Notes under the pieces: generated by a model
Databases searched by the model: none
What the model was told of the DNA's origin: nothing
Seen by the model: the letters and a program-made list of their open reading frames with translations, nothing else
Origin: Pristiophorus japonicus
Lineage: Eukaryota
Assembly (NCBI RefSeq): GCF_044704955.1
Contig: NC_092006.1
Location: forward strand, 5,270,001-5,334,000
Direction of reading: 5' to 3'
DNA: 64,000 nucleotides
Program-made: the position numbers and the translations under genes
Shown here: positions 13,107 to 27,019 of the stretch, one piece after another
Numbering within the stretch: the stretch's first letter is position 1
Layout of the letters: the number at the start of each line of letters is the position of its first letter

Positions 13107-13117
13107 AATAAAATAAA
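13107..13117 (+). promoter_or_regulatory. Probable poly(A) signal of gene A (overlapping AATAAA pair)
   Basis: aataaaataaa about 540 nt after the stop codon. Confidence 0.6.
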
Positions 13118-13258
13118 TGGTCCTTTGACTGTAATGATGCACAGGAGGTTCCTATCGTTCAATGCTTCACTTACAATTAAATGTCATCTGGATAAAACTT
13201 CGCTGGCTCTGAGCTGCCAATATCAGTCCTGAATTGAAAGAGTGTTAGTGGCGATATT

Positions 13259-15525
13259 CATAGAAACATAGAAAATAGGTGCAGGAGTAGGCCATTCGGC
13301 CCTTGTAGCCTGCACCGCCATTCAATGAGTTCATGGCTGAACATGCAACTTCAGTACCCTATTCCTGCTTTCTCGCCATACCCCTTGATCCCCCTAGTAG
13401 TAAGGACTACATCTAACTCCTTTTTGAATATATTTAGTGAATTGGCCTCAACAACTTTCTGTGGTAGAGAATTCCAAAGGTTCACCACTCTCTGGGTGAA
13501 GAAGTTTCTCCTCATCTCGGTCCTAAATGGCTTACCCCTTATTCTTAGGCTGTGACCCCTGGTTCTGGACTTCCCCAACATTGGGAACATTTTTCCTGCA
13601 TCTAACTTGTCTGAACCCATCAGAATTTTAAACGTTTCTATGAGGTCCCCTCTCATTCTTCTGAACCCCAGTGAATACAAGCCCAGTTGATCCAGTCTTT
13701 CTTGATAGGTCAGTCCCGCCATCCCGGGAATCAGTCTGGTGAACCTTCGCTGCACTCCCTCAATAGCAAGAATGTCCTTCCTCAAGTTAGGAGACCAAAA
13801 CTGAACACAATACTCCAGGTGTGGCCTCACCAAGGCCCTGTACAAATGTAGCAACACCTCCCTGCCCCTGTACTCAAATCCCCTCGCTATTCACTGTCTG
13901 AGGCCGCGATAGGCTTAATTGCTTACAGACTAACAACAGGAGAGAAACGAGGGCAGAGATGCAAGGAATTTATCCATTTTACCTTTGGCTTGTGTGTTTT
14001 GGTATGTGTAGTAATTATAGAATGGTTACAGCACAGAGGAAGGCCATTTGGTCCATCGAGTCCGTGCCGACTCTGAACAAGTCCAACTCACCCCCTCGTC
14101 CTTTCCCCGTAGCCCTGCAAAATTCTTTCCTTCAGATACTTACCCAACTCCCTTTTGAAAGCCCCGATTGAGTCTGCCTCCACCACCCTCTCAGGCAGCG
14201 CATTCCAGATCCCAACCACTTGCTGCGTAAAAACGTTTTTACTCACGTCGCCTTTGGTTCGTCTACCAATCGCCTTCAATCTGTGTCCTCTGGTTCTCCA
14301 CCCTTCCACCAATGGGAACAGTTTCTCTCGATCTACTCGGTCCAGACCACCCATGATTTTGAACATCTCGATCAAATCTCCTCTCAATCGTTTCTGCCCC
14401 ACGGACAACAACCCCGGCTTCTCCAGTCTCGCCCCGTCACTGAAGTCCCTCATTCCTGGAAGCATTCTCGTAAATCCTTCCTGCACCCTCTCCAAGGCCT
14501 TCACATCCTTCCCACAGTGCGGTGCCCAGAATTGGACACAATGCTCCAGTTGGGGGCCAAACAGATAACTTCCCCACTTTTCCACTCTACACCTCAACTT
14601 ATGGACCCCAGATACCCGTCAGCCTTTGTAACTGCTTTCTCAACCTTGCTAGAACGACTGTCCGAGACAGATGAGTGAGTGTAGCATGGCTTGGGAGGAC
14701 TGGATGACTTTGGACCTGTGGTCCCCAAAGCTCTCCATAACTGGGGGCTTTGCTCAAGTCAGGTCTGGGTCTGTTGTAGACTAATGGGTTGCGATGGTTT
14801 ACCATTATCATTGGATCACGCGACCACCAGGATGGTAGAAGGCGAGCAAGATAATATTTATCTTTCTCTTTCCCATGGCAACTAGTGATGATTTCAACAT
14901 TCACACCCCATCTAGACTCAGCTTTACTTTCCTATCTTATACCGTTACCATCTCAATTCGGCCCATTGTCCCCTTTTGCCTCTCTAATCTCTCCTGCCTT
15001 CCCCCCGATCACAGACCTTCCTGTTTGTTCTTTCATAAGAACATAAGAACATAATATAAGAACATAAGAATTAGGAACAGGAGTAGGCCATCTAGCCCCT
15101 CGAGCCTGCTCCGCCATTCAACAAGATCATGGCTGATCTGGCTGTGGACTCAGCTCCACTTACCCGCCCGCTCCCCGTAACCCTTAATTCCCTTATTGGT
15201 TAAAAATCTATCTATCTGTGACTTGAATACATTCAATGAGCTAGCCTCAACTGCTTCCTTGGGCAGAGAATTCCACAGATTCACAACCCTCTGGGAGAAG
15301 AAATTCCTTCTCAACTCGGTTTTAAATTGGCTCCCCCGTATTTTGAGGCTGTGTCCCCTAGTTCTAGTCTCCCCGACCAGTGGAAACAACCTCTCTGCCT
15401 CTATCTTGTCTATCCCTTTCATTATTTTAAATGTTTCTATAAAATCACCCCTCATCCTTCTGAACTCCAACGAGTAAAGACCCAGTCTACTCAATCTATC
15501 ACATTAAGGTAACCCCCTCATCTCC
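13259..15525 (-). mobile_element. Three CR1 3' fragments (13259-13890, ~14030-14650, 15035-15525)
   Basis: [19 protein letters not shown]...RRNFFTQRVV peptides and CR1 tails. Confidence 0.9.
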
Positions 15526-16854
15526 GCCCCTGCCTCTTTCCTCCCCTCCCCCTTTCACTATCCCCTTTGCACTTCCTTAAAAAGAAAGACTTGCATTTAT
15601 ATAGCGCCTTTCACGACCACCAGGCATCTCAAAGTGCTTTACAGCCAATGGAGAGTACCTTTGGAGTGTAGTCACTGTTGTATTGTGGGAAACGCGGCAG
15701 CCGATTTGCGCACAGCAAGCTCCCACAAACAGCCATGTGATAATGACCCAGATCATCTGTTTGTTATGTTGGTTGAGGGATAAATATTGGCCCCAGGACA
15801 CCGGGGAGAACTCGAAATAATGCCTTGGGATTGTTTATGTCCACTGAGAGAGTAGATGGGCCTCCACCAAACAAAATAGTTTCTCTCTATCTAGTCTATG
15901 AAATAGTTAAATCGCCTTAATCACCTCAATTAGATAACCCCCTAATCTTTTATACGCAAGGGGGGTCTGTGCACACTGTCCTTATAAGTTAACCCTTTTT
16001 GCCCAACATGGTACTGGTGAACTTAAAGGCTCTTTGTAAAAACCTACAATATAAATTAACATTAACAAGAACACTGGGTCGCTGGGAATTTATTCAAACT
16101 CTCATAAGATGTTTTGGGAAGTTTCTGGGCGATGGATTTGAACGGGTCTTTGCCAGGATTGTTGCTGTTCCCGAATCTCATCCGGTTGTACCTGCTGATT
16201 CCAAAGTGATCGGAAGGGGAGTGATTAAACTGACTCTGGTGGATAACGCAATGTAACTACCTGTGGTACAGCCCTGTTTCTGGCTCAATATCTCCTCTGG
16301 GTAAAGAAGTTTCTCCTGAATTCCCCATTGATGGCCCCTGGTTCTAGTCTCTCCCACAAGTGGAAACACTCCACGTCTACCCTATCGAACCCTTTCAGAA
16401 GCTTAAAGACCTGTATCTTGTTGACCCTCCGTCTCTTTTCGAGGGCCCCAGCAGGTTCAGCCTTTCCTGATGGCAAAACCTCTTAGTTCTGGTATCGTTT
16501 TAGTCAATCTTTTTTGCACCTTATCCAGTGCCTCTATATTGTTTTTATGATACGGAGAGCAGAACTGTGCACAGTGCCCCAAGTGTGGTCTAACCAAGGT
16601 CCGATACAAGTTTAACATAACTTCCCAACTTTTCAATTCTATCCCTCTACAAATGAACCCTGGTTCTTTGCTTGTTTTAATGAGCTTGTTAAGCTATGTC
16701 GCTACATTTAGTGATTAGTGTATCTGTACCCCAGATCCCTCTATTCCTCTACCTCATTATGGAAACTTATTTTCTAAGAAGGAACAGATATTTATAATAG
16801 ATAACGAATTGCTGACAAAATCACTTCACTGCATTATTATGAACATACAGAACA

Positions 16855-17732
16855 TACATTTATATAGTGCTTTTCACGACCACCGGACATCTCGAAGTGC
16901 TTTAAAGCCAATGAAGTACTTTTGGAGTGCACTATTGTAATGTGGGAAACGCAGCAGCCAATTTGTGCACAGCAAGCTCCCACAAACAGCAATATGAAAA
17001 TGACCCAGATATTCTGTTTTATTTTGTTAATTGAGCGATAAATATTGGCCAGGCTACCGGAGATAATTCCCCTGCTCTTCTTCGAAACAGTGCGATATTT
17101 TATATCCAGATGAGAAAGCAGCTTGGTTTAATGTCACATCCGAAACACGGCACCTCCGACACTACAGCGCTCCCGCAGTACTGCCCCTCCGACAGTGCGG
17201 CGCTCCCGCAGTACTGCCCCTCCGACAGTGCGGCGCTCCCGCAGTACTGCCCCTCCAACAGTGCGGCGCTCCCGCAGTACTGCCCCTCCGACAGTGCAGT
17301 GCTCCCTCAGTACCGCCCCTCCAACAGTGCGGCGCTCCCTCAGTCCTGCCCCTCCGACAGTGCGGCACTCCCTCAGTACTGCCCCTCCGACAGTGCGGTG
17401 CTCCCTCAGTACCGCCCCTCCAACAGTGCGGCACTCCCTCAGTATTGCCCCTCCAACACTCCATCAGTACTGCCCCTCCGACAGTGTGGTGCTCCCTCCG
17501 CACTGCCCTCCCTCAGTACTGCCCCTCCCACAGTGCGGCACTCCCTCAGTACTGCCCTTCCCACAGTGCGGCGCTCCCTCAGTACTGCCTCTCCGACAGT
17601 GCGGTGCTCCCTCAGCCCTGCATTGCAGTGTCAGTCTAGATTTTTGTGCTCAAGTCTCTGGAGTGGGACTTGAACCCACAACCTCTTGTCTCAAAGGCAA
17701 GTGTGCTGCCCACTGAGCCACAGCTGACACTT
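16855..17732 (-). mobile_element. tRNA-headed SINE (Deu/SacSINE-like) with internal 33-bp tandem expansion at 17150-17620
   Basis: B-box-like gggttcaagtcccactcc on minus near 17660-17680; conserved 3' tail; unit ctccctcagtactgcccctccgacagtgcggcg. Family name recalled, not searched. Confidence 0.7.
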
Positions 17733-18027
17733 AAAAGGAGCTGCTGGGTTTAAAATAATCCAGTTTCAATAGTAAATGTGACAAGGTTCACCTCCAGGAC
17801 ACAGCCAGAGAATGTTTGGGATCCATGTAAACGCCAGCTTTAATATCAATGCAGCTTAAACCTGGAATCAGTGTCTGAGTTGCCCCAGAGGTCCTTAGCC
17901 CCACATAAATCACATTTGCTCTATAAATGTGCGCTGTAAATCAGCATTAGAGATACACTGAGCGCATCTGGGCTTGAACGTTCAAAGAGCAGGAATCGCA
18001 AACGCAATGCTGGGGTTTGACAACCTG

Positions 18028-18033
18028 TTTATT
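18028..18033 (-). promoter_or_regulatory. Probable poly(A) signal of gene B
   Basis: AATAAA on minus; the paralogous flank of gene C has ATTAAA at the aligned position (29043-29048). Confidence 0.5.
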
Positions 18034-18848
18034 TGTATTTGTAACATCGGACAGTGAGCCGTGTTAACTACGACTTGAATAATATCGTGCTCACAGACAG
18101 CACAATGCATTTAAGAACAATACAAGCGAGGAGAGACAAGCCGGGACTGAACGGAAATGGCAGGCGACGTGTCGTCTTCGGAGTAGCGGATGATGGGTCA
18201 AGAGAGGATTTCGACATGTTTCGAAGCTCCCGCAGAATTCCCCGTTTGCAAAGCGGCTTGAAATTGCACCGGTGGTGTTTCGGCGTTAAGGTTCTCCAAT
18301 CGGCGTTACAATGGTTCTGCGTTGGTCAGTTTCCTCTTGCGATTAATTATTGATCAATGCGCATCAGATCGACAGAGTTCTTATATTCAGAGGAAAGGTT
18401 GGATAGGCTGGCGTTGTTGTCTTTGGAACAGAGGAGGCTGAGGGGAGAGCTAATTGAGGTGTGTAAAATGCTGAGGGGCCAGGATAGAGTGGATAGGACG
18501 GACCTGTTTCCCTTGGCAGAGGGGTCAACAACCAGGGGGCATAGACTGAACGTAATTGGGGGGAGGTTTAGAGGGGAGTTCAGGAGAACTTTGTTCACCC
18601 AGAGGGTGGTGGGGGTCTGGGGCGGAGCTCGCTGCCTGAAAGGGCGGTAGAGGCAGAAACCCTCACCACATTTGGATGTGCACCTGAAGTGCCGTAACCT
18701 ACAGGGCTACGGACCAAGAGCGGGAAAGTGGGATTAGGCTGGGTGGCTCTTGGTCGGCCGGCCCGGACACGATGGGCCGTAATGGCCTCCTTCCGGGCTG
18801 TAAGTTTCTAGCGTTTCTATGGTTTCAGAGGAAACTTTCCACCATGCT

Positions 18849-21800
18849 TCATATCCATGAGCTGTTCACTTTCCTTTCCTGTCGGACTGTTGGATCCGCC
18901 TTAAATGCCAGTTGGGCGTAAAGAGTCTATGAGAGAAAACAGAAACCATTATCGCGGCTCACATCATCACCATCGGAACGGAGTGACAGGAGGAGGCCAT
19001 TCAGCCCCTCGAGCATGTTCCCCCACTCAATAAGATAAGAACATAAGAAATAGGAGCAGGAGTCGGCCATTCGGCCCCTCGAGCCTGCTCCGCCACTTAA
19101 TGAGATCATGGCCGATCTGATCATGGACTCAGCTCCACTCCCCTGCCTGCTCCCCATAACCTCTTATCGCCATCGTTCAAGAAACTGTCTATCTCTGTCT
19201 TAAATTTATTCAATGTCCCGGCTTCCACAGCTCTCTGAGGCAGCAAATTCCACAGATTCACAATCCTCTGAGAGAAGAAATTTCTCCTCATCTCAGTTTT
19301 AAATGGGCGGCCCCTTATTCTAAGATCGTGCCCCCTAGTTCTAGTCTCCCCCATCAGTGGAAACATCCTCTCTGCATCCACAGCTGATCCTGTATCTTAA
19401 CTCACTCTACCCACCTTGGTTCCCTAACCCTTAATCCCCTTACCCAACAAGAGTCGATCCACCTCTGTCTTGACATTTCCAACTGACCCCTGACCTCGAC
19501 AGCTTTTTGGGGGAGAGAGTTCCAGATTCCCGCTCCCCTTTGTGTGAAGAAGTGTTTCCTGTCATCACCCCTGAACGGTCTGGCTCGAAATTTAAGGTGA
19601 CGTCCCCTTGGTCTGGACTCACCCCGCCAAAGGAACTCATTTCTCTCTCTATCCACCTATCGAACACTTTAATCATCATAAACAACTCGATTAGATCGCC
19701 CTTTAATCTTCTATACTCCAGGGAATAAAAGCTTAGTCTGTGCGACCTGTCTTAATAATTTAACGCTTTTAGCCCCTGTATTATTAGTTAGGCCACAGCT
19801 GAAGTACTGCGTGCAGCTCTGGTCACCACATTACAGGAAAGATGTGATTGCACTGGAGAGGGTGCAGAGGAGATTTACCAGGATGTTGCACTGGAGAGGG
19901 TGCAGAGGAGATTTACCAGGATGTTGCACTAGAGAGGGTGCACAGGAGATTTACCAGGATGTTGCACTAGAGAGGGTACAGAGGAGATTTACCAGGGTGT
20001 TGCACTGGAGAGGGTGCAGAGGAGATTTACCAGGATGTTGCACTGGAGAGGGTGCAGAGGAGATTTACCTGGATGTTGCACTGGAGAGGGTACAGAGGAG
20101 ATTTACTAGGATGTTGCACTGGAGAAGGTGCAGAGGAGATTTACCAGGATGTTGCACTGGAGAGGGTGCAGAGGAGATTTACCAGGATGTTGCACTGGAG
20201 AGGGTGCAGAGGAGATTTACCAGGATGTTGCACTAGAGAGGGTGCAGAGGAGATTTACCAGGATGTTGCACTGGAGAGGGTACAGAGGAGATTTACCAGG
20301 ATGTTGCACTAGAGAGAGTACAGAGGAGATTTACCTGGATGTTGCACTGGAGAGGGTACAGAGGAGATTTACTAGGATGTTGCACTGGAGAGGGTGCAGA
20401 GGAGATTTACCAGGATGTTGCACTAGAGAGGGTGCAGAGGAGATTTACCAGGATGTTGCACTGGAGAGGGTGCAGAGGAGATTTACCAGGATGTTGCACT
20501 AGAGAGGGTGCAGAGGAGATTTACCAGGATGTTGCACTAGAGAGGGTGCAGAGGAGATTTACCAGGATGTTGCACTAGAGAGAGTACCGAGGAGATTTAC
20601 CAGGATGTTGCACTGGAGAGGGTACAGAGGAGATTTACTAGGATGTTACACTAGAGAGGGTGCAGAGGAGATTTACCAGGACATTGCACTAGAGAGGGTA
20701 CAGAGGAGATTTACCAGAATGTTGCACTAGAGAGGGTACAGAGGAGATTTACCAGGATGTTGCATGGACTGGAGAATTTTAGCGACGAGGAAAGATTGGA
20801 TAGGCTGGGGGTTGTTTTCTCTGCAACAGAGGAGGCTGAGGGGAGACCTGATTGAGGTGTATAAAATGATGAGGAGCCTGGATAGAGTGGATAGGAAGGA
20901 TCTGTTTCCCTTGGCAGAGGGGGTCAACAACCAGTGGGCATAGATTGAAAGTAATTGGGCGGAGGTTTAGAGGGGATTTGAGGGGAAATGTCTTCACCCA
21001 GAGGGTGGTGGGGGTCTGGGGCGGAACTCACTGCCTGAAAGGGAGGTAGAGGCAGAAACCCTCACCACATTTAAAAAGTACCTGGATGTACACTTGAAGT
21101 GCCGTAACCTACAGGGCTACGGATTGAGAGCGGGAAAGTGGGATTAGGCCGGGTGGCTCTCGGTCGGCCGGCGCGGGACACGATGGGCCGAATGGCCTCC
21201 TCCCGCGCAGTAAACTTCTGTGATTCTATGATTATTCTGTCAACTTGTAATTATATATAATCGCCAACTTAAAATATAGACCGATATTTTGTAATCTGTT
21301 TTTGCAGTTCTATCAAAATAAACTGCTTTCCTGCAGAGTTCATTGTGCAAAGTTTTATAGAATCGTTAACTATGAATCTTAACCGTTGGATTAAGGATGA
21401 GTGCAGGTAACTGCAAGGTGTCAAGCAAAGACAATTATTTTCACTCTCACCTCCTTATCTCTTGCACCTGGTCTGGAATCCGTGAATTTCTCATCGCTGG
21501 CCGTGTTACCTGAAATAAAGGGAATGCAATCTAAGTCTAAATGCACACACATTTCACGCTGACATGCACCGAGCCAAACGTTGTTTCCTTCAGGTAATTA
21601 TCCAACTCCCTTTTGAAAGCCACGTTTGAGTCTGCCTCTACCACCCTCTCAGGCAGTATGTTCCAGACCCTAACCACTCGCTGCTTAAAAATAGTTTTTC
21701 CTCATTTCGCCTTTGCTTCTTCTGCCTTAAATCTGTGTCCTCTGCTTCTCCACCCTTCTCCCAACGAGAACAGTTCCTCTCTGTCTGGACCCCTCACGAT

Positions 21801-23358
21801 TTGGCCATCCTGACTTGGGCATAGGTCATTGGGTCACAATCCCGGCACTCCATCCCTAACAGCACTGTTAGGAGCACCTTCACCACAGCGGACTGTCGAA
21901 CTCGTTTGGCAGAACGTCTCATCGCAAGAGCTTTCACACAAGCACCAACATGTAGCTTGGTTGGCGGTGAGGAGGGCCTTACCCGTCAGAGCCTTCATGC
22001 ACAGCCGACGTCTCAGCAGCACGGCACGGTGCCCCCGGGCCGGCTGCGGGGCGGACGAGACTGTCACCCATCTCCTTCAGGATTGCCCCTTCGCGAGGCA
22101 GGTTTGGAAAGAGATGCAGTGGTTGCTGTCGAGGTTCATCCCGAGCAGCTCCGTAACACAGGACCCTGTGCTCTACGGGCTGTTCCCAGGGACACACACC
22201 CAGACTGACATCACCTGCTGCTGGAGGGCCATCAACTCGGTCAAAGACGCTCTTCGGTCTTGCCGAGACTTGCTGGTCTTCCAGAGCAAGGAGATGTCCA
22301 CGTCTGCGTGTTGCAGACTGGCGCAATCCACGATCCAGGATTACGTGCTGAGGGACGCACTTAAAATTGGTGCAGTCGCCACAAAGGCACGGTGGGGAAG
22401 GGCCGCAGTTTAAAGCCCTTCTGACACGGTAAACCCAGGAGGCAGGAATCAGTACAAAACTCCCCTCGGGCCGTACTTGTAACTTCTTTTTTGTGTACAT
22501 GGAGCACCATGATCTGTAAACACCTATGTAGTGCCATGTACAATGTAAGGTCTGTTTCGTAATGCACGTTGAAGAGAAAAATGTAAATGTACCGTCACCC
22601 ATTCCGTGTACTGTATAGTGACACATGTAATGTAATTTGTCGAATGTACTACAAGGTATCCCATATTGTACCGAATTGTACTTGAACTGAAAAGCAAAGA
22701 AATGTATCGAAAGGAACTGCCGTCAGCACCCAAATGTAGTGTATGGGATTGCTGACCGCAGCTAAATGTACTGAACTGCTTTTGAATGTACTGTACAAAT
22801 TTTTAGACGAATAAAGTATATTTTGAAATTAAAAAAAATAACACAGTAACTGGATAGATTGGCCGCGCCTCCCGACCGCCGCTACCTGACTGCCGGGTCC
22901 TGCAGCTCCAGCTCGCCATCACCGTCACCATCAGGAGGAGGAGAAGCACCACCGGGCAAGTCACCAAAACCCATAAACTACAGTCGCTGTGCAGCGGGAG
23001 CCCTGTACACAAGGGGGAAAAACAGCCTCTTAGTTAAAAAAAAATCCCGTAACCCAAGCCCTCTGCTTCTCGCAGGAGGTTCAGGGAGACCCAATACCAT
23101 CTTCCAGGGTCCACGAGGGTTAGATACTCAATACCAAGTCNNNNNNNNNNNNNNNNNNNNNNNNNNNNNNNNNNNNNNNNNNNNNNNNNNNNNNNNNNNN
23201 NNNNNNNNNNNNNNNNNNNNNNNNNNNNNNNNNNNNNNNNNNNNNNNNNNNNNNNNNNNNNNNNNNNNNNNNNNNNNNNNNNNNNNNNNNNNNNNNNNNN
23301 NNNNNNNNNNNNNNNNNNNNNNNNNNNNNNNNNNNNNNNNNNNNNNNNNNNNNNGTGT

Positions 23359-23427
<69 letters not shown>

Positions 23428-26400
23428 GGAGGTGCAACGAGACCTGGGTGTCATGGTACATCAGTCATTGAAAGTTGGCATGCAGGTACAGCAGGTGGTG
23501 AAGAAGGCAAATGGCATGTTGGCCTTCATAGCGAGGGGATTTGAGTATAGGAGCAGGGAGGTCTTACTGCAGCTGTACAGGGCCTTGGTGAGGCCTCACC
23601 TGGAATATTGTGTTCAGTTTTGGTCTCCTCAGCTGAGGAAGGACATTCTTGCTATTGAGGGAATGCAGCAAAGGTACACCAGACTGATTCCCGGGATGGC
23701 AGGACTGACATATCAAAAAAGGCTGGATCGACTCGGCTTATATTCACTGGAATTTAGAAGAATGAGAGGGAATCTCATAGAAACATATAAAATTCTGACG
23801 GGATTGGACAGGTTAGATGCAGGAAGAATGTTCCTGATGTTGGGGAAGTCCAGAACCAGGGGTCACAGTCTCAGGATAAGGGGTAAGCCATTTAGGACCG
23901 AGATGAGGAGAAACTTCTTCACTCAGAGAATTGTGAACCTGTGGAATTCTCTACCACAGAAAGTTGTTGAGGCCAGTTCGTTGGATATATTCAAGAGGGA
24001 GTTAGATGTGGACCTTACGGCTAAAGGGATCAAGGGGTATGGAGAGAAAGCAGGAATGGGGTACTGAAGTTGAATGATCAGCCATGATCATATTGAATGG
24101 TGGTGCAGGCTCGAAGGGCCGAATGGCCTGCTCCTGCACCTACTTTCTATGTTTCTATATTTGGACGGACGGATAGATGGTAAACAGACAGATAGTTTAC
24201 AGATAATACAACACTTGGTAAAGCAGTGGATCAGGATGAGGATAATTATAGGCTGCAGGAGAGCACAGACGGGTTGGTGAAATGGCCGTCAGCACGGCCG
24301 GTGGGGTTCAAAGCGGGGAAGTGTTAAGTGTTTCAGTTTGGGAGGGGTAACATGGACAGACAATGTACTGTGAATGGCATCGAGCGAGCACGTGATCCAC
24401 CGGAAATGGCAGTATATTATTCTCCAATTTGACCCATGGATCGCCCAGGAATATACCTGCTCTCCCAGCAGGTAGATATGACCTAGCAGGACAGAAGGAC
24501 CTTATAATTGAGAAAGCTAAACATTGAGAGATCTGGGAGAGGTAAATCATTGAGATACTTACACACGAATTTGCAGAAAGGAAGATAATTTGAATGTATA
24601 ACGTGACAGGGCTAACAATGATCTCTTACATCACCATTGAAGATATTAGTGAAGGAGAATAGTTACCGCTCAGCGATGAGATGCTTTCACTGATGAAATT
24701 GCCGGTGGAATTGACTGGAACGGCGCAAGTGCAGACAGCGCCACTCCGCCATGTTTCCGCCGAGACGCTGAGGTGACTCCCGACCGTGAGCGTCCCGTCC
24801 GGCTCGGTGGTCCCGGAGTCGCTCCGTCCCTCGGCGAGCCGTCCCGAAACATTCCAGCGGACGGGAAGGGAATCGGGAGTCAGGCTTCTGACCAGACACA
24901 GCAGCGGGACCCTCGCCAGCGAGGGAATTTCGTCCTGCGGCGGAGTTAAGAGCTGTATTTCCGGAGACCCTGCCGAATTTGGGGAGGATTAATATTCGAC
25001 AGAAATCGCTCGTTATTTACAATGAAATTCGTAAACAAATTCTTACCTGTAATGAGCAATTTCGAGCCGTTTCCGAATATAAGGTGCAATAGACTAGATT
25101 TCTTAGCTGCGCAGAAATACACCCCTGAATCGTTCCCCTGGACCTCGTTCACAATCAGAGAGTAAATATTGAATTTGTCTTCAATTTGTCCGGAAAATCT
25201 CCCTTCAGGAATATTGTAGTTCCTCACAGTGTAAACTTTCTGGAGAGGTCCTCGGTTCTGCTGCTTATACCACTGCACAGCTCGAGTCAGCAACTGACCA
25301 GCGTGACAATCCGCCTTGAAGGTACTGCCAACCGAGAGAGTCTGGACCGACGGACTCTGGGCGAAATAGTCCTGGGAGGCAATAACTGAGAGAAGAACAT
25401 GGTCACCACGGGGTCTGTTACAACAGGAATAAACACCGCTTCAGATCAAGAAACCCACACAGCAGTGAACGGTGAGAGAGGCGCTCGTGTTAAAGGAGCC
25501 TCATTTCTAATTGAGTTCAATGCTGAGGGTTAACATTGAGCCAATAACAGGAGGACAGAAGGAAGGAAGAGAAAAAAAGAAAGAGAAAGAGAAAGAAATA
25601 GAGAGAGAGAAGGAAAGAAAGAGAGAGAGCGAGAGAAAGAGATAGAGAGAGAAAAGAAANNNNNNNNNNNNNNNNNNNNNNNNNNNNNNNNNNNNNNNNN
25701 NNNNNNNNNNNNNNNNNNNNNNNNNNNNNNNNNNNNNNNNNNNNNNNNNNNNNNNNNNNNNNNNNNNNNNNNNNNNNNNNNNNNNNNNNNNNNNNNNNNN
25801 NNNNNNNNNNNNNNNNNNNNNNNNNNNNNNNNNNNNNNNNNNNNNNNNNNNNNNNNNNNNNNNNNNNNNNNNNNNNNNNNNNNNNNNNNNNNNGAGAAAC
25901 AGATAGAGAAAAAGAAAGAAAGAGAGAGAGAAAGAAAGATAAAGAGATAGAGAGAGGGAAAGAAAGAGTTGGATTTATATAACGCCTTTCGCAACCACTG
26001 GACTCAAAGTGCTTTACAGCCAATGAAGTACTTTTTGAAGTGTAGTCACTGTTGTAATGTGGGAAACACGGCGCACAGCAAGCTCCCACAAATAGCAATG
26101 TGTTAATGACCCAGATCATCTGTTTTCGAGATGCTGATTGAGGGATAAATATTGGCCCCAGGACACCGGGGAGAACTCCCCTGCTCTTCTTCGAAATAGT
26201 GGCCGTGGGATCTTTTACGTCCGCCCGAGAGAGCAGACGGGGCCTCGGTTTAACGTCTCAGGCAATAGATGCAGAATATTGACATTGGGTCTATTTCCCA
26301 CCAGCCTGAGATATTGCAAGATGCTAATATCAGCGAACGCAGCGCGCAATCTCCGACTCGGCTGACGAGCTCGCTGATCTTACGCCGCAGTTCCGCCATG

Positions 26401-26466
26401 GATTACCAGCAAATTCGACTGACCTGGAAAGAGAAGGGCGAGCACGCAGGGAGCTAAGCGATGCAT
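18849..26466 (-). CDS. Gene B: VJ-C1-TM receptor, 6 coding exons, ~312 aa, uncharged TM, TLYAQL motif
   Basis: Exons (minus): 26466-26424 (MHRLAPCVLALLFP), 25385-25047 (VJ), 24969-24667 (C1), 23002-22886 (GLPLHSDCSLWVLVTCPVVLLLLLMVTVMASWSCRTRQS), 21509-21451 (GNTASDEKFTDSRPGARDKE), 18926-18849 (TLYAQLAFKADPTVRQERKVNSSWI*). 939 nt in frame; exon sizes 43/339/117/59 equal those of gene D. Confidence 0.88.
19790..21232 (+). mobile_element. CR1 fragment with internal 38-bp tandem amplification (19847-20762, ~24 copies)
   Basis: Unit gttgcactggagagggtgcagaggagatttaccaggat encodes the CR1 segment ALERVQRRFTRML. Confidence 0.9.
21888..22840 (+). mobile_element. Tx1/L1-clade 3' fragment in intron 4 of gene B
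   Basis: CPRAGCGADETVTHLLQDCPFARQVW (CCHC-type), 3'UTR, aataaa and A tail. Confidence 0.8.
23141..23354. other. Assembly gap; a second gap lies at 25660-25893
   Basis: N runs next to microsatellites. Confidence 0.99.
23427..24160 (+). mobile_element. CR1 LINE 3' fragment
   Basis: 211-aa ORF matching the CR1 ORF2 C-terminus, plus 3'UTR. Confidence 0.93.
24667..24969 (-). CDS. Gene B C1-like exon
   Basis: SPEIQLLTPP...VPLLCLVRSL.PDSLPVRWNVSG...PDGTLTVGSHLSVSAETWRSGAVCTCAV; follows a 77-bp intron. Confidence 0.92.
25047..25385 (-). CDS. Gene B germline-joined VJ exon
   Basis: FAQSPSVQTLSVGSTFKADC...VQWYKQQ...PEGRFSG...YSLIVNEVQGNDSGVYFCAAKKSSLLHLIFGNGSKLLIT: canonical Cys/Trp/Cys, DSGxYxC and FGxG J motif in a single exon. 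Confidence 0.95.
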
Positions 26467-27019
26467 TGTCTGCGACCTGAGGCGTTTGCTGTCCAACTCC
26501 ACACTGACGCTTTGCCGGGAGGTCTTTGCGCCCGCAAGCGACGTGAAATGCACACAGCTTGCAGAACGTGCGTTTAAAAATAGCGGTCTGGAAAATCCAA
26601 CCCGGTGCAAAAGCTGGCTGCGGGTTTCCTGTTGACACACGAGGCGCCCACGCACAGATGTGCCTGCAAAGGGCAATGTGTTACAGCTGGTCTGAAGGGT
26701 GCTGTGCAGTCGAGACCCATTAAACCGTGAACTAACGCCAGGCGGTGCAGAATTCCACACACCGTGTACCGCTTGTGCAATTCGAGTGGCCGCGGGGGAA
26801 TTATCCCGTTTCCGAGTGTTGCGATCGATTGGTCCAGAATGCATTCATTGATACACCCTTACTCGTACCAACAAAAAATGGATCACATTCTGCCCAGAGA
26901 ATGCCCTTCAAATTCTTACACTGGTAAAAAAGCAGGCACAAGGCCTCTTTTTTTTTTTACCAGCGTAAGAGTTTAAAGCAACAGGAAAATAAAATATTAT
27001 CACCTATTAGCTGTAGGCT

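Noticed and set aside
19811-20578. Cys-rich repeat ORFs (CRGDLPGCC, containing RGD)
   Set aside because: Frame-rotating translation of a 38-bp tandem repeat inside a CR1.
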